A stretch of DNA of 64,000 nt from Sedimentisphaerales bacterium (GCA_963708075.1 OY970194.1:4896001-4960000); one strand, 5' to 3'; shown: positions 1 through 9,921, counted from the stretch's first letter. The notes: a model not told the origin generated them from the letters alone. Numbers and translations are program-made.

Positions 1-1
1 C

Positions 2-1261
2 CGCGGCGGCGAGGGCTACCGTCACGGTGCGGCGGCGGACGAATTTGACGACCCGCTCGACCGTTCCGGCGCGTTTGGCGACGATCACCCGTCCTTCGAG
101 ATAGCGGCGCAAATCCTCGGCGAATTCGCCGGCACTGCTGTAGCGTCGGCTCGCGTCCTTTTCCATCGCCTTGCAGCAGATGGTTTCCAGATCGGCGGGA
201 ATTCGCGGGCTGATCTGCCGCGGGGGACGCGGGTCCCGGTTGAGAATCTGGCCGATCACCTGTTGCTGGGTGTCGCCGTCGAACGGCGGCTCGAGGGTCA
301 GAAGCTCGTAGAGCGTCACGCCGAGCGAGTACACGTCGCAGCGGTGATCCACCTTGTCGTGTCCGCCGGCGATTTGCTCGGGGCTCATGTACCGGGGCGT
401 GCCGAGGAACGAGCCGGTGAGGGTCACCCCACGCTCCTTGCAGATCCGGGCGATTCCGAAGTCCAGCAGGACGAGCCGGCCGTCGCTGGCCAGCATGAGA
501 TTCGACGGCTTGACGTCGCGATGGACGATCCCCTCGGCATGCGCGTAGTGCAACGCATCGGCGACCCCGCTGACCAGCCGCGCCACTGTGCTGAAATACT
601 CGCCCTCCGATTTGCAGTCCCGCAGCACGCACGGTACAGGGGATCTGCTGCCTGTCTCGTCGTCCGCCGGGGCTTTGGAATCACCTGCGGCCGGAGCGGC
701 GGGCGGAGCGGATTCAGCCGATCGGGCCTCACGCAGCTCTGCGATGACCTCGTCGAGGCTCTGCCCGTCAATCATCTCCATGGCGAAGTAGCAGACGTTG
801 CTCTCAGCGCCCTCGGCATAGATGGTGACGATGTGCGGATGGTGGAGCGTGGCAGCGGCCCGGGCCTCTCGATGGAATCGCTCGACCGCCGAAGCGCCTC
901 CGGCCAGACCGATGGGCAGCACCTTCAGCGCGACCCGGCGGTTGAGAGAGACCTGCACCGCCTGATAGACCACGCTCATCCCGCCGGAGCCCAGCCGCCT
1001 CTCCAGCCGGAAGTCGCCGATCTGCAGATTCGGCTCCAGGCCGACGACCGGGATATCCGCCCCGGCCATACTCTCCCGGGCGGGCGTCGCGGTCGGAGCT
1101 TCGGGGGCACAGTCCGGCTCCAGGCCCGCCCGCAACCGGCTTACGGCCGTCGCGCAGCGATCGCACACACGCAGATGGCGTTTCCAGCCCGCCAATTCCT
1201 CCGCCGAGGCCGTGGCCTCGACGAACGCCGCCATATCTCGCTGTGATAGACAACCCTTCAC
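2..1261 (-). CDS. Hanks-type Ser/Thr protein kinase with N-terminal zf-HC2-like zinc finger (3' end runs off the window)
   Basis: Manual minus-strand translation from GTG at 1261 (not in the ORF track): MKGCLS...HLRVCDRC...LGSGGMSVVY...VALK...HRDVKPSN...DFG...GTPRYMSPEQ...DVYSLG. Confidence 0.9.
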   Translation of the reverse strand, partial: MKGCLSQRDMAAFVEATASAEELAGWKRHLRVCDRCATAVSRLRAGLEPDCAPEAPTATPARESMAGADIPVVGLEPNLQIGDFRLERRLGSGGMSVVYQAVQVSLNRRVALKVLPIGLAGGASAVERFHREARAAATLHHPHIVTIYAEGAESNVCYFAMEMIDGQSLDEVIAELREARSAESAPPAAPAAGDSKAPADDETGSRSPVPCVLRDCKSEGEYFSTVARLVSGVADALHYAHAEGIVHRDVKPSNLMLASDGRLVLLDFGIARICKERGVTLTGSFLGTPRYMSPEQIAGGHDKVDHRCDVYSLGVTLYELLTLEPPFDGDTQQQVIGQILNRDPRPPRQISPRIPADLETICCKAMEKDASRRYSSAGEFAEDLRRYLEGRVIVAKRAGTVERVVKFVRRRTVTVALAAA

Positions 1262-1412
1262 GGCGTCACGGCTCCCATCAATATGTCCAGGATTTCCACC
1301 GTTATTGTACCCGATGGCACAATTCAGAGCAAGCCGCTGGTAGTCCTGGGGGGACGATTTTACAGTGCGTGTTCGCCAAACCCGCTGTGTTCGTCCAAAG
1401 TTCCTGAACTCC

Positions 1413-1492
1413 GGGTGGCAGCGTCAAGCGCAGCTTGGCGATGGTCCGTCCACTCGCCATCGCCAAGGCCTTCGGCCTTGACGCTGCCACCC
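1413..1492. repeat. Palindromic REP-like element, family A (GGGTGGCAGCG...CGCTGCCACCC)
   Basis: Long imperfect hairpin. Related copies at ~2709-2770 (partial), 35986-36074, 44607-44695, 45659-45747 and 63881-63974. Confidence 0.9.
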
Positions 1493-1671
1493 TCTGCGCA
1501 GTTCACACAGGCCTGAATCGCAAGAACGTGGGACAAAGCCAACCCATCGCGCGGTGATGGAATCGGGCGGGTCTGGACGCGTGGGGTCGGTGCGGGTATG
1601 ATGGGTAAAGTTGTGTAGAGTGGTTCCTTGATTCGCAGAGCAAGCTGGGTTCATCGGGTCCGAGGTGGAGC

Positions 1672-2676
1672 ATGTCGAAGCAACTGGATCGTCGCGAGTT
1701 TCTGAAAACATCGCTGGCCGGCTCGGCCGTCGGGGCACTGGGCCTGAGCTTCGAACAGCGGGCCCTGTTGGCGCAGACCGGGAAGCCGCCGGCCGCCGCA
1801 GCATCAGAGGGCTCGACGGGGGCCATGCCGGTGGGCCGGCTGGGCAAGCTCAAGGTGACAAGACTGATCGTCGGGGGCAACCTGACCAGCGGGTTCGCGC
1901 ATAGCCGCGACCTCATCTACGTGTCCGGCCTGTTGAGACAGTACTTCACCGATGAAAAAGTGTTCGAGACCTGGGAGCTCTGCGAGCAGTGCGGCATCAA
2001 TACGGCGATCCTGCGGCTCGATGACCACGTGATCGGACTGGTCACCAAGTACTGGCACGAGCGCGGCGGCAAGTTCCAGTGGATCGTCCAGGTCAAGCCA
2101 CCCAAATTGGACATCGGTAGTTTCAAGACCGACATTCAGAAGTGCGTGGATAACGGGGCCGTCGGGGCGTACATGCAGGGCGGCGTCGGCGATGGGCTCG
2201 TGAAGGACGGCCAGATGGACGTGCTCGGTGAGGCGCTGCAATGCATCAAGGACGCCGGACTCGTCGGCGGCATCGGCGCACACGACCTGCAGGTCCCCAT
2301 CGCCTGCGAAAAGGCCGGCCTCCAGCCGGACTTCTACATGAAGACCCTGCACAGTCCCAGCTACTGGTCCTTCAATCCGCGCAAGGAGAACTGGGATAAG
2401 TTCCACGTCGGAGGCAAAACCGACCGCGACAACGTCTGGTGCACCCAGCCGACGGAAACGGTCGAATTCATGAAGACCGTCAAGAAGCCCTGGATTGCTT
2501 TCAAGGTCCTGGCCGCCGGCGCCATCCACCCGAAGGACGGCTTCAAATACGCCTTCGAGAACGGCGCCGACTTCATCTGCGCCGGCATGTTCGACTTCCA
2601 GGTCCGCGAGGACGCCATCATCGCCAGGGACATCCTCAAAGGCACCATCCCCCGCCAACGCCCCTGGTGCGCATAA
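1672..2676 (+). CDS. Tat-exported aldo/keto-reductase-like TIM-barrel protein
   Basis: Twin-arginine LDRREFLK signal; MPVGRLGKLKVTRLIVGGN and IAFKVLAAG segments resemble AKR-like proteins; GGAG RBS. Confidence 0.65.
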   Translation: MSKQLDRREFLKTSLAGSAVGALGLSFEQRALLAQTGKPPAAAASEGSTGAMPVGRLGKLKVTRLIVGGNLTSGFAHSRDLIYVSGLLRQYFTDEKVFETWELCEQCGINTAILRLDDHVIGLVTKYWHERGGKFQWIVQVKPPKLDIGSFKTDIQKCVDNGAVGAYMQGGVGDGLVKDGQMDVLGEALQCIKDAGLVGGIGAHDLQVPIACEKAGLQPDFYMKTLHSPSYWSFNPRKENWDKFHVGGKTDRDNVWCTQPTETVEFMKTVKKPWIAFKVLAAGAIHPKDGFKYAFENGADFICAGMFDFQVREDAIIARDILKGTIPRQRPWCA

Positions 2677-2968
2677 GAAAACTCGAAGCACGAATATCGA
2701 AATCCGACGGGTGGCAGCGGCAAGCGGAGCCTGCGGAGTTTGCCGATGGTATTGCCGGTTATCGCCAAGTGCCATGCTTATGCTTGCATAGGCGTGTCTT
2801 GTCGACGGGGTTGGGCAGGTCGCGTATCCTGTTGTCTGCTTCTGGCACTGCGGTTGGTAGTTAAGATGTGACCGCGGTCTTCTTCGCACGGAGTATGGTC
2901 GCAGCATGGGGGAGCCCAGACGTGGACGGCTACCTGTGAAGGACCATCATGGCCGGTGACTGTCACCG

Positions 2969-3286
2969 TCAGCCTTGATGGGCGGCAATGTAGAGACGAA
3001 TGGCCTCGTATGCCAGTTCCTGGATCTTCTTGACGAGGAGATTCGCTTCCTTGTCCTGGCTCCTCGGGGCCTCGCTGGCTGCCATCGTGAGAAGGCCGGC
3101 GTGTACGCCGAAAACCGAGGCCAACTCGTTGAGACTCTCCAATCCGATGCCGCGCTTTCCGTTCTCCAGCAGGCTGAGGTAGTTCACCGTCAAGCCGGTC
3201 CTTTCGGCCACGTTCTGCTGAGTCATTCCCAAATCCAGTCGAATTTGGCGTATGGCCTCACCGAGTTTTGATTTCGATATATTCAT
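2969..3286 (-). CDS. XRE-family helix-turn-helix transcriptional regulator
   Basis: LGEAIRQIRLDLGMTQQNVAERTGLTVNYLSLLENGKR HTH_3 pattern. Confidence 0.9.
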   Translation of the reverse strand: MNISKSKLGEAIRQIRLDLGMTQQNVAERTGLTVNYLSLLENGKRGIGLESLNELASVFGVHAGLLTMAASEAPRSQDKEANLLVKKIQELAYEAIRLYIAAHQG

Positions 3287-3332
3287 GCAACCACAACCAT
3301 TCAGAAAAAGGCAGGGTGAACATACTCTCATC

Positions 3333-3602
3333 CTACCCACTGCGGATGTTTCGCCAAATGCTGTAAGCTTTTTTCAGAACACCAAATACCACTTTGAGAA
3401 AATCAGGGGAGTCCACGAGGTTGGATAATTCTCGCCTTATTCGTTCGAGTTCCTCGACAGCATCATTGATGTCGTTTCTTATCGTTTGCGGGATCCCAGG
3501 TCTGGCCTTCAGGTGTAGCAGCAGCGCTCGTATATCATCCAGTTGCTGCTGAAACCTCCTAACCTTGGATTGTCTGTTCTCGCCTCTCCGAGATGCGTCC
3601 AT
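3333..3602 (-). CDS. Hypothetical 89-aa helical protein
   Basis: Strong RBS GAAAGGAG before ATG 3602; co-oriented with the XRE gene; no family recognised. Confidence 0.65.
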   Translation of the reverse strand: MDASRRGENRQSKVRRFQQQLDDIRALLLHLKARPGIPQTIRNDINDAVEELERIRRELSNLVDSPDFLKVVFGVLKKAYSIWRNIRSG

Positions 3603-4196
3603 AACAGCACTCCTTTCGTACAACGCCTCAGCATTTGATCGAAGTGTCCGTAATGGAGATCAAGCCTGTCCACCCCTGCCTATGGGTTCAATGTGGACTT
3701 ATCCATATTCACCTATCCCATAGAGACTGCCCTCCTTTCTCATGATCGAAACCTTGGTAACCGAGGGAGATACGTGAACCAATGGCCATGGATCAGACTA
3801 CACTCATGGAAACTGCCCTCCTTTCTGCTGTCAGACTACCGTGGCATAGCACGAGTTCAGTGCTTCATCTTCACTTCCTTTCGTAACTAACCCTCGCCCC
3901 AAGATGGCCGACATGGCCAAAGGGGCTAAACCTGTTCTTTCGGCTCGGCAACACACCGATGCCGCATACACCTGCGGGCAACACACTCATACCCCGGTTG
4001 CGCCGGGTCGCCCGCTGTCGCCCGGCACAAGGCGGCACATAGGTGCCAACTCACGGCTACGTGACACTGCACCTCCTTTCGATCGAGTCGTGCCCTCGCG
4101 ATGGTAAGGCGGCACATCACGCAAGGCAGGCTCCGTTCCTGTGACATAGTGAGGCAGCATCTCGGTTCTTTTAAAACCCCTGATTCCGGTATTCGG

Positions 4197-4208
4197 TTTT
4201 CAAAGAAC
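4197..4208 (-). promoter_or_regulatory. boxA-like antitermination element GTTCTTTGAAAA
   Basis: Matches the rrn-type boxA consensus and lies ~10-20 nt downstream of the predicted transcription start. Confidence 0.55.
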
Positions 4209-4225
4209 ACCCTTCATGATGGAGG

Positions 4226-4254
4226 ATAGTACAGGCACATTGACTTAAAGTCAA
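4226..4254 (-). promoter_or_regulatory. Sigma70-type promoter overlapped by a palindromic operator
   Basis: TTGACT-17 nt-TACTAT on the minus strand; perfect palindrome TTGACTT-A-AAGTCAA at 4240-4254 covers the -35 box. Confidence 0.75.
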
Positions 4255-4561
4255 ACATAAAATCGAAAAAAAAAGAAAAATTTCTTTCGACCCTTCTTCC
4301 CCGCCGCCCGGTCAGTGGCTTTCCTTCTGCTCGCCAGCAGTATACCCGACGCATATGACCGCCGTCAAGGTTCCCGGCAGCCAACTGCGTGGACTGGATA
4401 GATGTGGTACGGCTGGAATGAGGGGGGTGGCTGGTGGGTTTGGTGAGCTGAGCGAGGGACGAGACAAATGCAGCGAAGACACGATGCGTTCCGGGTTCTG
4501 CAAAAGACAAGCCCTGCGAGCGATGCTTGCAAGCTTCGGGAATATCAGGATGTGTGTGCTA

Positions 4562-4650
4562 TTACAGGGTTGCGCGTTTTCGCAGCCAGGTGGCCGCGCC
4601 AGTACCGATGCCCGCCAGAAGCAGGGCACCCGGAGCAGAGACAACCGCAA
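4562..4650 (-). pseudogene. Orphan remnant of a VPAPG/PEP-CTERM-like sorting signal
   Basis: VVSAPGALLLAGIGTGAATWLRKRATL-stop with no plausible upstream domain; joined to a duplicated gene end. Confidence 0.6.
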
Positions 4651-4740
4651 CGCCATCATCGCCAGGGACATCCTCAAAGGCAACGTCCCTGGTACTCGTA
4701 GCTCCTGGCAAAAACTCGAAGCACGAACATCGAAATCCGA
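4650..4740 (+). repeat. Direct-repeat copy of the 3' end and downstream flank of the 1672-2676 gene
   Basis: 4650-4682 is identical to 2612-2644 (33 bp); 4711-4740 matches 2678-2707 with one mismatch. Confidence 0.9.
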
Positions 4741-4835
4741 AACAAATGCGAAATGACGGAAACGCTATCGCAGCACGATGCCTGCGTTTCAGATTTCGCT
4801 GCAGTGAGACCGATTGTGGATTTCGAGCTACCCTG

Positions 4836-7800
4836 CTATGGCGATTCGATCCGTTTGAGTTCGCCAAGATACAACAACTGGCCTGTTCGGGGATCAACCT
4901 CTCCGATGGCAATGATGTCCGTATGGAAGCCGCGAATCCTCATGTTCGTGATCGCGTGGCCCCCAGTATCGAATGCCGCAGGCAGCACGATGCCCAAATC
5001 GGCGTCTTTGCCGGAGAAATTCAGAGGAACATAAGGATAGCGCGTGTCGATGTTCCAGCAAATTGCCGCATCGGCATAATGCCCGTGAAGAATGTTCACG
5101 TCCTGAACCTCGTACAACAGAACTTTGAAGTCTATCCGTATCGGCGGCTGCATCCCGTCCATCCTGACCAAGTAGTATGGGCTCACATCAACTCGCATCC
5201 CATCGGTGAGCGGCCCGAAAGACCACTTGCCGGGGTAGATGGCCAAGTCCGGGTCCAAGGAAAGACGATAGTCACCGATAGCGACTAGGCCGGTAGTGAC
5301 ACCATCGTTGTACGCCATTTCATTCCAAAACCGTCCATTGGAGAAGGACGTATTTGTCATCTCCGTGACCATCAAGCTGGTGCCATCATCATAGTTCACT
5401 GTCATCGCCCCGGCGACCTCGCTGATCCATTGGCCCTCCGGCCCATGGGTCCACTGAAACGTCCTCTTTCCATAGTCCGCCAGAACCACATAGTCGGGAT
5501 AGAACACGGTCTTGACCGGCGGCTTTGAATCCTCGCACTCGATCTGCTCCCATCGCAATCGCGGATAGTCCCGGCCCTCGCAGATCGTCCAAATATCCTC
5601 CGTCCCGTTGGCGGTCTCATCCACGAAGTCCCAGCCGGCGTCGAGGAAGGTCCTGGCGGTTTGCACCTCGGCAGTCGTCTTGCCGTAGCTATCATCACAG
5701 CCTATGGCCTCAGGATCCGGCTCTCCGAACATCTCTGCCAGGCCGCTGACCTGGCGATCCCAGAAGTAAGATTCGAACACACTCCCGGGAGCTCCGACGA
5801 ACCCGCCCACTCTGCCTCCGCCCGAGACACGACCGGCAAAATAACAGCGGGAGACCGCGCCGGTGAAAAGCGTGGGGGCATCCGGGTTGTAGGCGTACTG
5901 GAGCACCCTGTAGTCGATTCCTATAAGTCCGCCCACGTAGTCGCCGCCGGTGATCGTGCTGGTCGAGTAGCTGTTCGTCATGTTGCCCGCCCAGTTCGCA
6001 CCGACCAGGCCGCCGACATTGTTCGCATCCCCCGAGATGCTGCTGCGCGAACAGCAGTTGCTGATGGTGGCGCCGATCCAGTGCCTCCCTACCAGGCCAC
6101 CGACGTTGTTTGCGTCGCCCGTGACTTTGCCGGCGGAACTGCACTCCGTGATCGCCCCTTCGTTGGCTCCCGCCAGGCCGCCGACATCTTCGCTGCCATT
6201 GACCGCTCCGTCACTATGGGACCGCGTCATCGCATCCGAATTCACTCCCACCATGCCGCCGACATACGTCTCCCCACTCACGGAGCCGGCATTATAGCAG
6301 TTGTCGATCACATCGGAGTTGCTCCCAATCAGCCCACCGACTTGAGACAGACCGTTGACCAGACCCGCATTGTAGCAGTCAACCACGGCACCGGGACTGG
6401 AAGGCCGATCCCACTCGTCGCGACTGTTTCCTGCCAGCCCACCCACCGACTGTCCGCCATCGACCGTGCCGTTGTTGCCGCAGTGCGTCACATGTCCGCA
6501 GAAGTTGTCCCCGATCAGCCCGCCAACATTCTCGGCGCCGTAAACCGTGGCAGCGTTACGGCAAGAGTCCAGCGAGCCGCCGTTGGAGCCAACCAAGCCG
6601 CCGACAGACCTCTGACCGCTGACCAGGTTGGCGCTGTCGCAGCGGGTCACACGAGCTGCGTTATACCCCAGCAGCCCTCCGACCTGCTCCGTCCCGGTCA
6701 CGACGCTCGTGCTCCGGCAATCCGCCACGTCGCCCGAACCGTGATGGCCGATCAGCCCCCCGACAGACCACGCGCCCTTGATCGTGCCGGTGCTGTAGCA
6801 CCGGGCCGCCTCCCCATCCGTGAACCCTGCCAATCCGCCGACATGTTCCTCTGTGCCGGTGATGTTCGCGTCCACGATGCGCAAGTCCCTGACCTTGGCG
6901 CCGAGCACCACCTGGCCGAACAGCCCCAGATGTCCTCCGCCGGTGACGGTCAGATGGGAGATCGTCAGACCCGCGCCATCGAATGTGCCGGCAAAAGAAG
7001 GGATCACCGGTACCGCCCAGCGGGTTCCCGAGAGATCAATGGGAGCATCCAGCCGATAGTGCGCGCAGGGGCCGTAGTGGACCACAGCCCCCAATTCACC
7101 GGCGTCGGATACGAGATAAGGATCTTCCGCCGTGCCCCGGCCCGACAATTGGGGCGGAGTGTATCCGCCGAACATCGACAGGACTGGATGGCCGCCTCCC
7201 TCCGGCATCTGCCAGACCTCGGACGTTCCGTTGGTGGTTTCACCGACCCAGTCCCACCCTGCGGCGAGATAGGTCTGCTTGTCATGCATTGGGTTCGCAG
7301 CCGCGGCTGCAGTCCCCAGGAACCTGCGTCTGGCTGGCCCGCCAACGTTCGATGACTCCCCGAAACAGCCAATCACAGTCCCCCAGCCGGAGGTTACCGA
7401 TCCCCCGGCAGGCTTGCCGGCGATGGTGACCGGGCCACTACTGTAGCAATGAGTCATAACCCCCCAGTTCTCCCCCAGCAGTGCCCCCGCACTGCTCTTG
7501 CCATCCACGGCGGCGGTACTGTAGCACTGGGTCACAGTGCCCCAGGAACCGTTGTTTCCCACCAGCCCGCCGACACTCTCGTTACCCTTGAGCGAGCCGG
7601 TCGTATAACAATGGATGATGGCGCCGCCATTGCCCGCCGTCAGCGCACCGACACGCCAATCCGTACCAGCGACGTTGACGTCTGTCACTGCCAAGTCCCT
7701 GACCTCAGCCCCATGAGCCACCCGGCCGAACAGTCCCAGGTATCCGTCACCTGCGATGGTCAGGTGCGAGATCGCCCGGCCATCGCCATCGAACACGCCG

Positions 7801-9026
7801 GCAAACGAAGGGATCACCGCCGTGCCCCAGCGGATGCCGGACAGGTCGATCGATGCCGCCAGCCGGTAATGGGCGTACGATCTGTAGTTATGCATCGCCC
7901 CTAACTCCGATGCGTTGCTGATCAAGTAGGGTTTGTCAGGTGAGCCTTCGCCCTGCAGCCGGGGTGGGGTGTAGCCCTGGAAGAACGCCAGCACCGGATA
8001 GCCCCCTGCCGCCGGCATCTGCCAGACTTCGCACGTCCCATCCTCCGCTCGACCGGCCCAATCCCAGCCGGCATCCAGATACGTCTGCATGTTCTGCATC
8101 TGGGCCGTGGTCAGGCCCCTGCCGGCGCTCTGTGCGCTCGGGGCTTGTCCTGAAGTCTCGACATCCCAGAAGCTCCCGTTCACGCCGGCATCAGCGCGGC
8201 TGAATCCCGCCAGCCCGCCGGCGTAACTTGTGCCACCCCGGACCACGCTGATGCTGTAGCAGTGAGTCACAGCCCCCAGGTTGTTACCTACCAGCCCGCC
8301 AGCGTACGATCCACGGCCGTGAACTGCGCCGCTGCTGTAGCAGAAGGCTACCATACCTTCGTCATTCCCCCCTACCAGCCCGCCGGTGCTCGCTCCAATG
8401 CCATCGCCATCGACGGTAGCGCCACTATAACAGCCGGTCACCTGGCCCAAATTGTACCCCACAAGCCCGCCAACAGAGTTGCCTTTGCCACTGACGACGC
8501 CGGTGCTGTAGCAGTGGATGATCGAGCCGCCGTTCGATCCGGCCAGTGCACCCACGGACCACGCGTCACCGACCTTCACTACGGCATGGATCAGGCCCAG
8601 ATTGCGAATCTCGCCCCGTGGCCCGCCGACATATCCGAAGAGCCCTGCATAGGGATACTGGTCGATGGCGGTGAGAGTGAAGTTGGCAATCGTATGTCCA
8701 TTCCCGTCGAAGACGCCTGTGAAAAGGTCCTGCGGAGGACCGGCTCTGTCCGAGTTGGTCTCCAGGGCAATGATCTGAAACGCCGGCCGGCCCTCGCTGC
8801 CGTCGTAGGCGGAGAGATCGACGTCGGCCATGAGCTTGAAGTGCTTGTCCCAGTCGTTGGGCTCGGCGCCGATGGCATTCATCTGCTCAGCCGTCCAGAT
8901 TTGATAGGGCTCGTCCGCCGTGCCGCTGCCCCCGCCATACTTCCCTTGGGCTGAAACGGTCATGCAACAGAGCACGATCAGTGCAAGGATTGTTCGCGGG
9001 CTTCGTCGTTCTCTTATGGAGAGCAT
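4836..9026 (-). CDS. Large secreted GLUG-motif repeat protein
   Basis: Signal peptide; three GxGT..DPYxI modules with many VGGLVGxN (GLUG) repeats and FLDAGWDF motifs; unrelated C-terminal domain; GGAGG RBS before ATG 9026. Confidence 0.9.
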   Translation of the reverse strand: MLSIRERRSPRTILALIVLCCMTVSAQGKYGGGSGTADEPYQIWTAEQMNAIGAEPNDWDKHFKLMADVDLSAYDGSEGRPAFQIIALETNSDRAGPPQDLFTGVFDGNGHTIANFTLTAIDQYPYAGLFGYVGGPRGEIRNLGLIHAVVKVGDAWSVGALAGSNGGSIIHCYSTGVVSGKGNSVGGLVGYNLGQVTGCYSGATVDGDGIGASTGGLVGGNDEGMVAFCYSSGAVHGRGSYAGGLVGNNLGAVTHCYSISVVRGGTSYAGGLAGFSRADAGVNGSFWDVETSGQAPSAQSAGRGLTTAQMQNMQTYLDAGWDWAGRAEDGTCEVWQMPAAGGYPVLAFFQGYTPPRLQGEGSPDKPYLISNASELGAMHNYRSYAHYRLAASIDLSGIRWGTAVIPSFAGVFDGDGRAISHLTIAGDGYLGLFGRVAHGAEVRDLAVTDVNVAGTDWRVGALTAGNGGAIIHCYTTGSLKGNESVGGLVGNNGSWGTVTQCYSTAAVDGKSSAGALLGENWGVMTHCYSSGPVTIAGKPAGGSVTSGWGTVIGCFGESSNVGGPARRRFLGTAAAAANPMHDKQTYLAAGWDWVGETTNGTSEVWQMPEGGGHPVLSMFGGYTPPQLSGRGTAEDPYLVSDAGELGAVVHYGPCAHYRLDAPIDLSGTRWAVPVIPSFAGTFDGAGLTISHLTVTGGGHLGLFGQVVLGAKVRDLRIVDANITGTEEHVGGLAGFTDGEAARCYSTGTIKGAWSVGGLIGHHGSGDVADCRSTSVVTGTEQVGGLLGYNAARVTRCDSANLVSGQRSVGGLVGSNGGSLDSCRNAATVYGAENVGGLIGDNFCGHVTHCGNNGTVDGGQSVGGLAGNSRDEWDRPSSPGAVVDCYNAGLVNGLSQVGGLIGSNSDVIDNCYNAGSVSGETYVGGMVGVNSDAMTRSHSDGAVNGSEDVGGLAGANEGAITECSSAGKVTGDANNVGGLVGRHWIGATISNCCSRSSISGDANNVGGLVGANWAGNMTNSYSTSTITGGDYVGGLIGIDYRVLQYAYNPDAPTLFTGAVSRCYFAGRVSGGGRVGGFVGAPGSVFESYFWDRQVSGLAEMFGEPDPEAIGCDDSYGKTTAEVQTARTFLDAGWDFVDETANGTEDIWTICEGRDYPRLRWEQIECEDSKPPVKTVFYPDYVVLADYGKRTFQWTHGPEGQWISEVAGAMTVNYDDGTSLMVTEMTNTSFSNGRFWNEMAYNDGVTTGLVAIGDYRLSLDPDLAIYPGKWSFGPLTDGMRVDVSPYYLVRMDGMQPPIRIDFKVLLYEVQDVNILHGHYADAAICWNIDTRYPYVPLNFSGKDADLGIVLPAAFDTGGHAITNMRIRGFHTDIIAIGEVDPRTGQLLYLGELKRIESP

Positions 9027-9139
9027 GTCTCTTCCTCCGCTCCGATTCCGGGCCATGCATTCACGGCCCATCTTCTCCTGTTTTCACGCACGCACCGCCT
9101 CCATCCGGCAGAATGTTACCTCCTGGTCTCCAAGCCTAC

Positions 9140-9250
9140 AGTATATCAGACACAGACCATGGCAGTCAATTTAAGACTCCCGCAGGTACAGCCACACAGT
9201 CTCGCCGGCATGGGTTGGCGTTTGTCAATTGCGAGTCCGTCCGCTATACT
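9140..9250. promoter_or_regulatory. Divergent sigma70-like promoters
   Basis: Minus: TTGACT-18-TATACT (9140-9169). Plus: TTGTCA-17-TATACT (9222-9250). Confidence 0.55.
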
Positions 9251-9306
9251 GGGTGGAACCGACCGGTGTGGCAGCAGAGAATACCGGATATTGAGAAGGG
9301 GGAACT

Positions 9307-9921
9307 ATGAGCGCACGGAGGATTTTGGCGGCGGCGCTTGTGGCCGTGGCGCTGTGCCCTTCGGCGTATGCCCAGAAGGTCGAGTTCACGCCTTTCTACG
9401 GCTATGCGTTCAGCGGAGAACTGACGGACGCCAATACCGGCCAGGAGTTCGAGATCGACGAGTCCGCCTGCTACGGCGGGATGCTCGACTTGCCTCTGAG
9501 TGACACAGAGCTATTGGGGTTCTTCTACAGCCGGCAGGAGACTGAGTTGAAATCAGACGACAGCCTGTTCGGCAAGCGGACCCTCTTCGATCTCGATGTG
9601 GACTACTACCACCTCGGCGGCACCCTCATCATTCCGAATCCGCCCTGGGAGCCGTTCGTGACCGGCACGCTCGGCGTCACTCATCTCAGTCCCGATGCCT
9701 CGGGCACGGACTCGGTCACGCGGTTCTCGCTCGGTCTCGGCGGCGGCGTGCGATACTTCCCCACCGAGCATCTGGGTCTGTACCTGGGTGTCCGGGGCTT
9801 CCTGACGTTCATGGAGGGCGATACGCTCTTTCGAAGCGAGTCCGGGGCCGCCACGGTCGTGGTTGATGCCGACGGCCTCTGGCAAGTCCAACTCCAGGCC
9901 GGCCTGGTCTTCGCCTTCTAA
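9307..9921 (+). CDS. Outer-membrane beta-barrel protein (OmpW/OmpA-like 8-strand)
   Basis: Signal peptide (AYA cleavage), alternating beta pattern, GLGGGVRYF, C-terminal Phe. Confidence 0.8.
   Translation: MSARRILAAALVAVALCPSAYAQKVEFTPFYGYAFSGELTDANTGQEFEIDESACYGGMLDLPLSDTELLGFFYSRQETELKSDDSLFGKRTLFDLDVDYYHLGGTLIIPNPPWEPFVTGTLGVTHLSPDASGTDSVTRFSLGLGGGVRYFPTEHLGLYLGVRGFLTFMEGDTLFRSESGAATVVVDADGLWQVQLQAGLVFAF

Noticed and set aside
263..1246. 327-aa plus-strand ORF, and similar long antisense ORFs at 5661-7355, 41128-43245, 56001-57710 and 62088-63404
   Set aside because: Shadow ORFs opposite well-supported genes, as expected in high-GC DNA.
3603..4100. CRISPR array or canonical type III toxin-antitoxin repeat array
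   Set aside because: Shared motifs are only 7-15 nt with irregular spacing, and the downstream protein does not resemble ToxN/CptN/TenpN as far as I can tell; reported instead as an unexplained leader.
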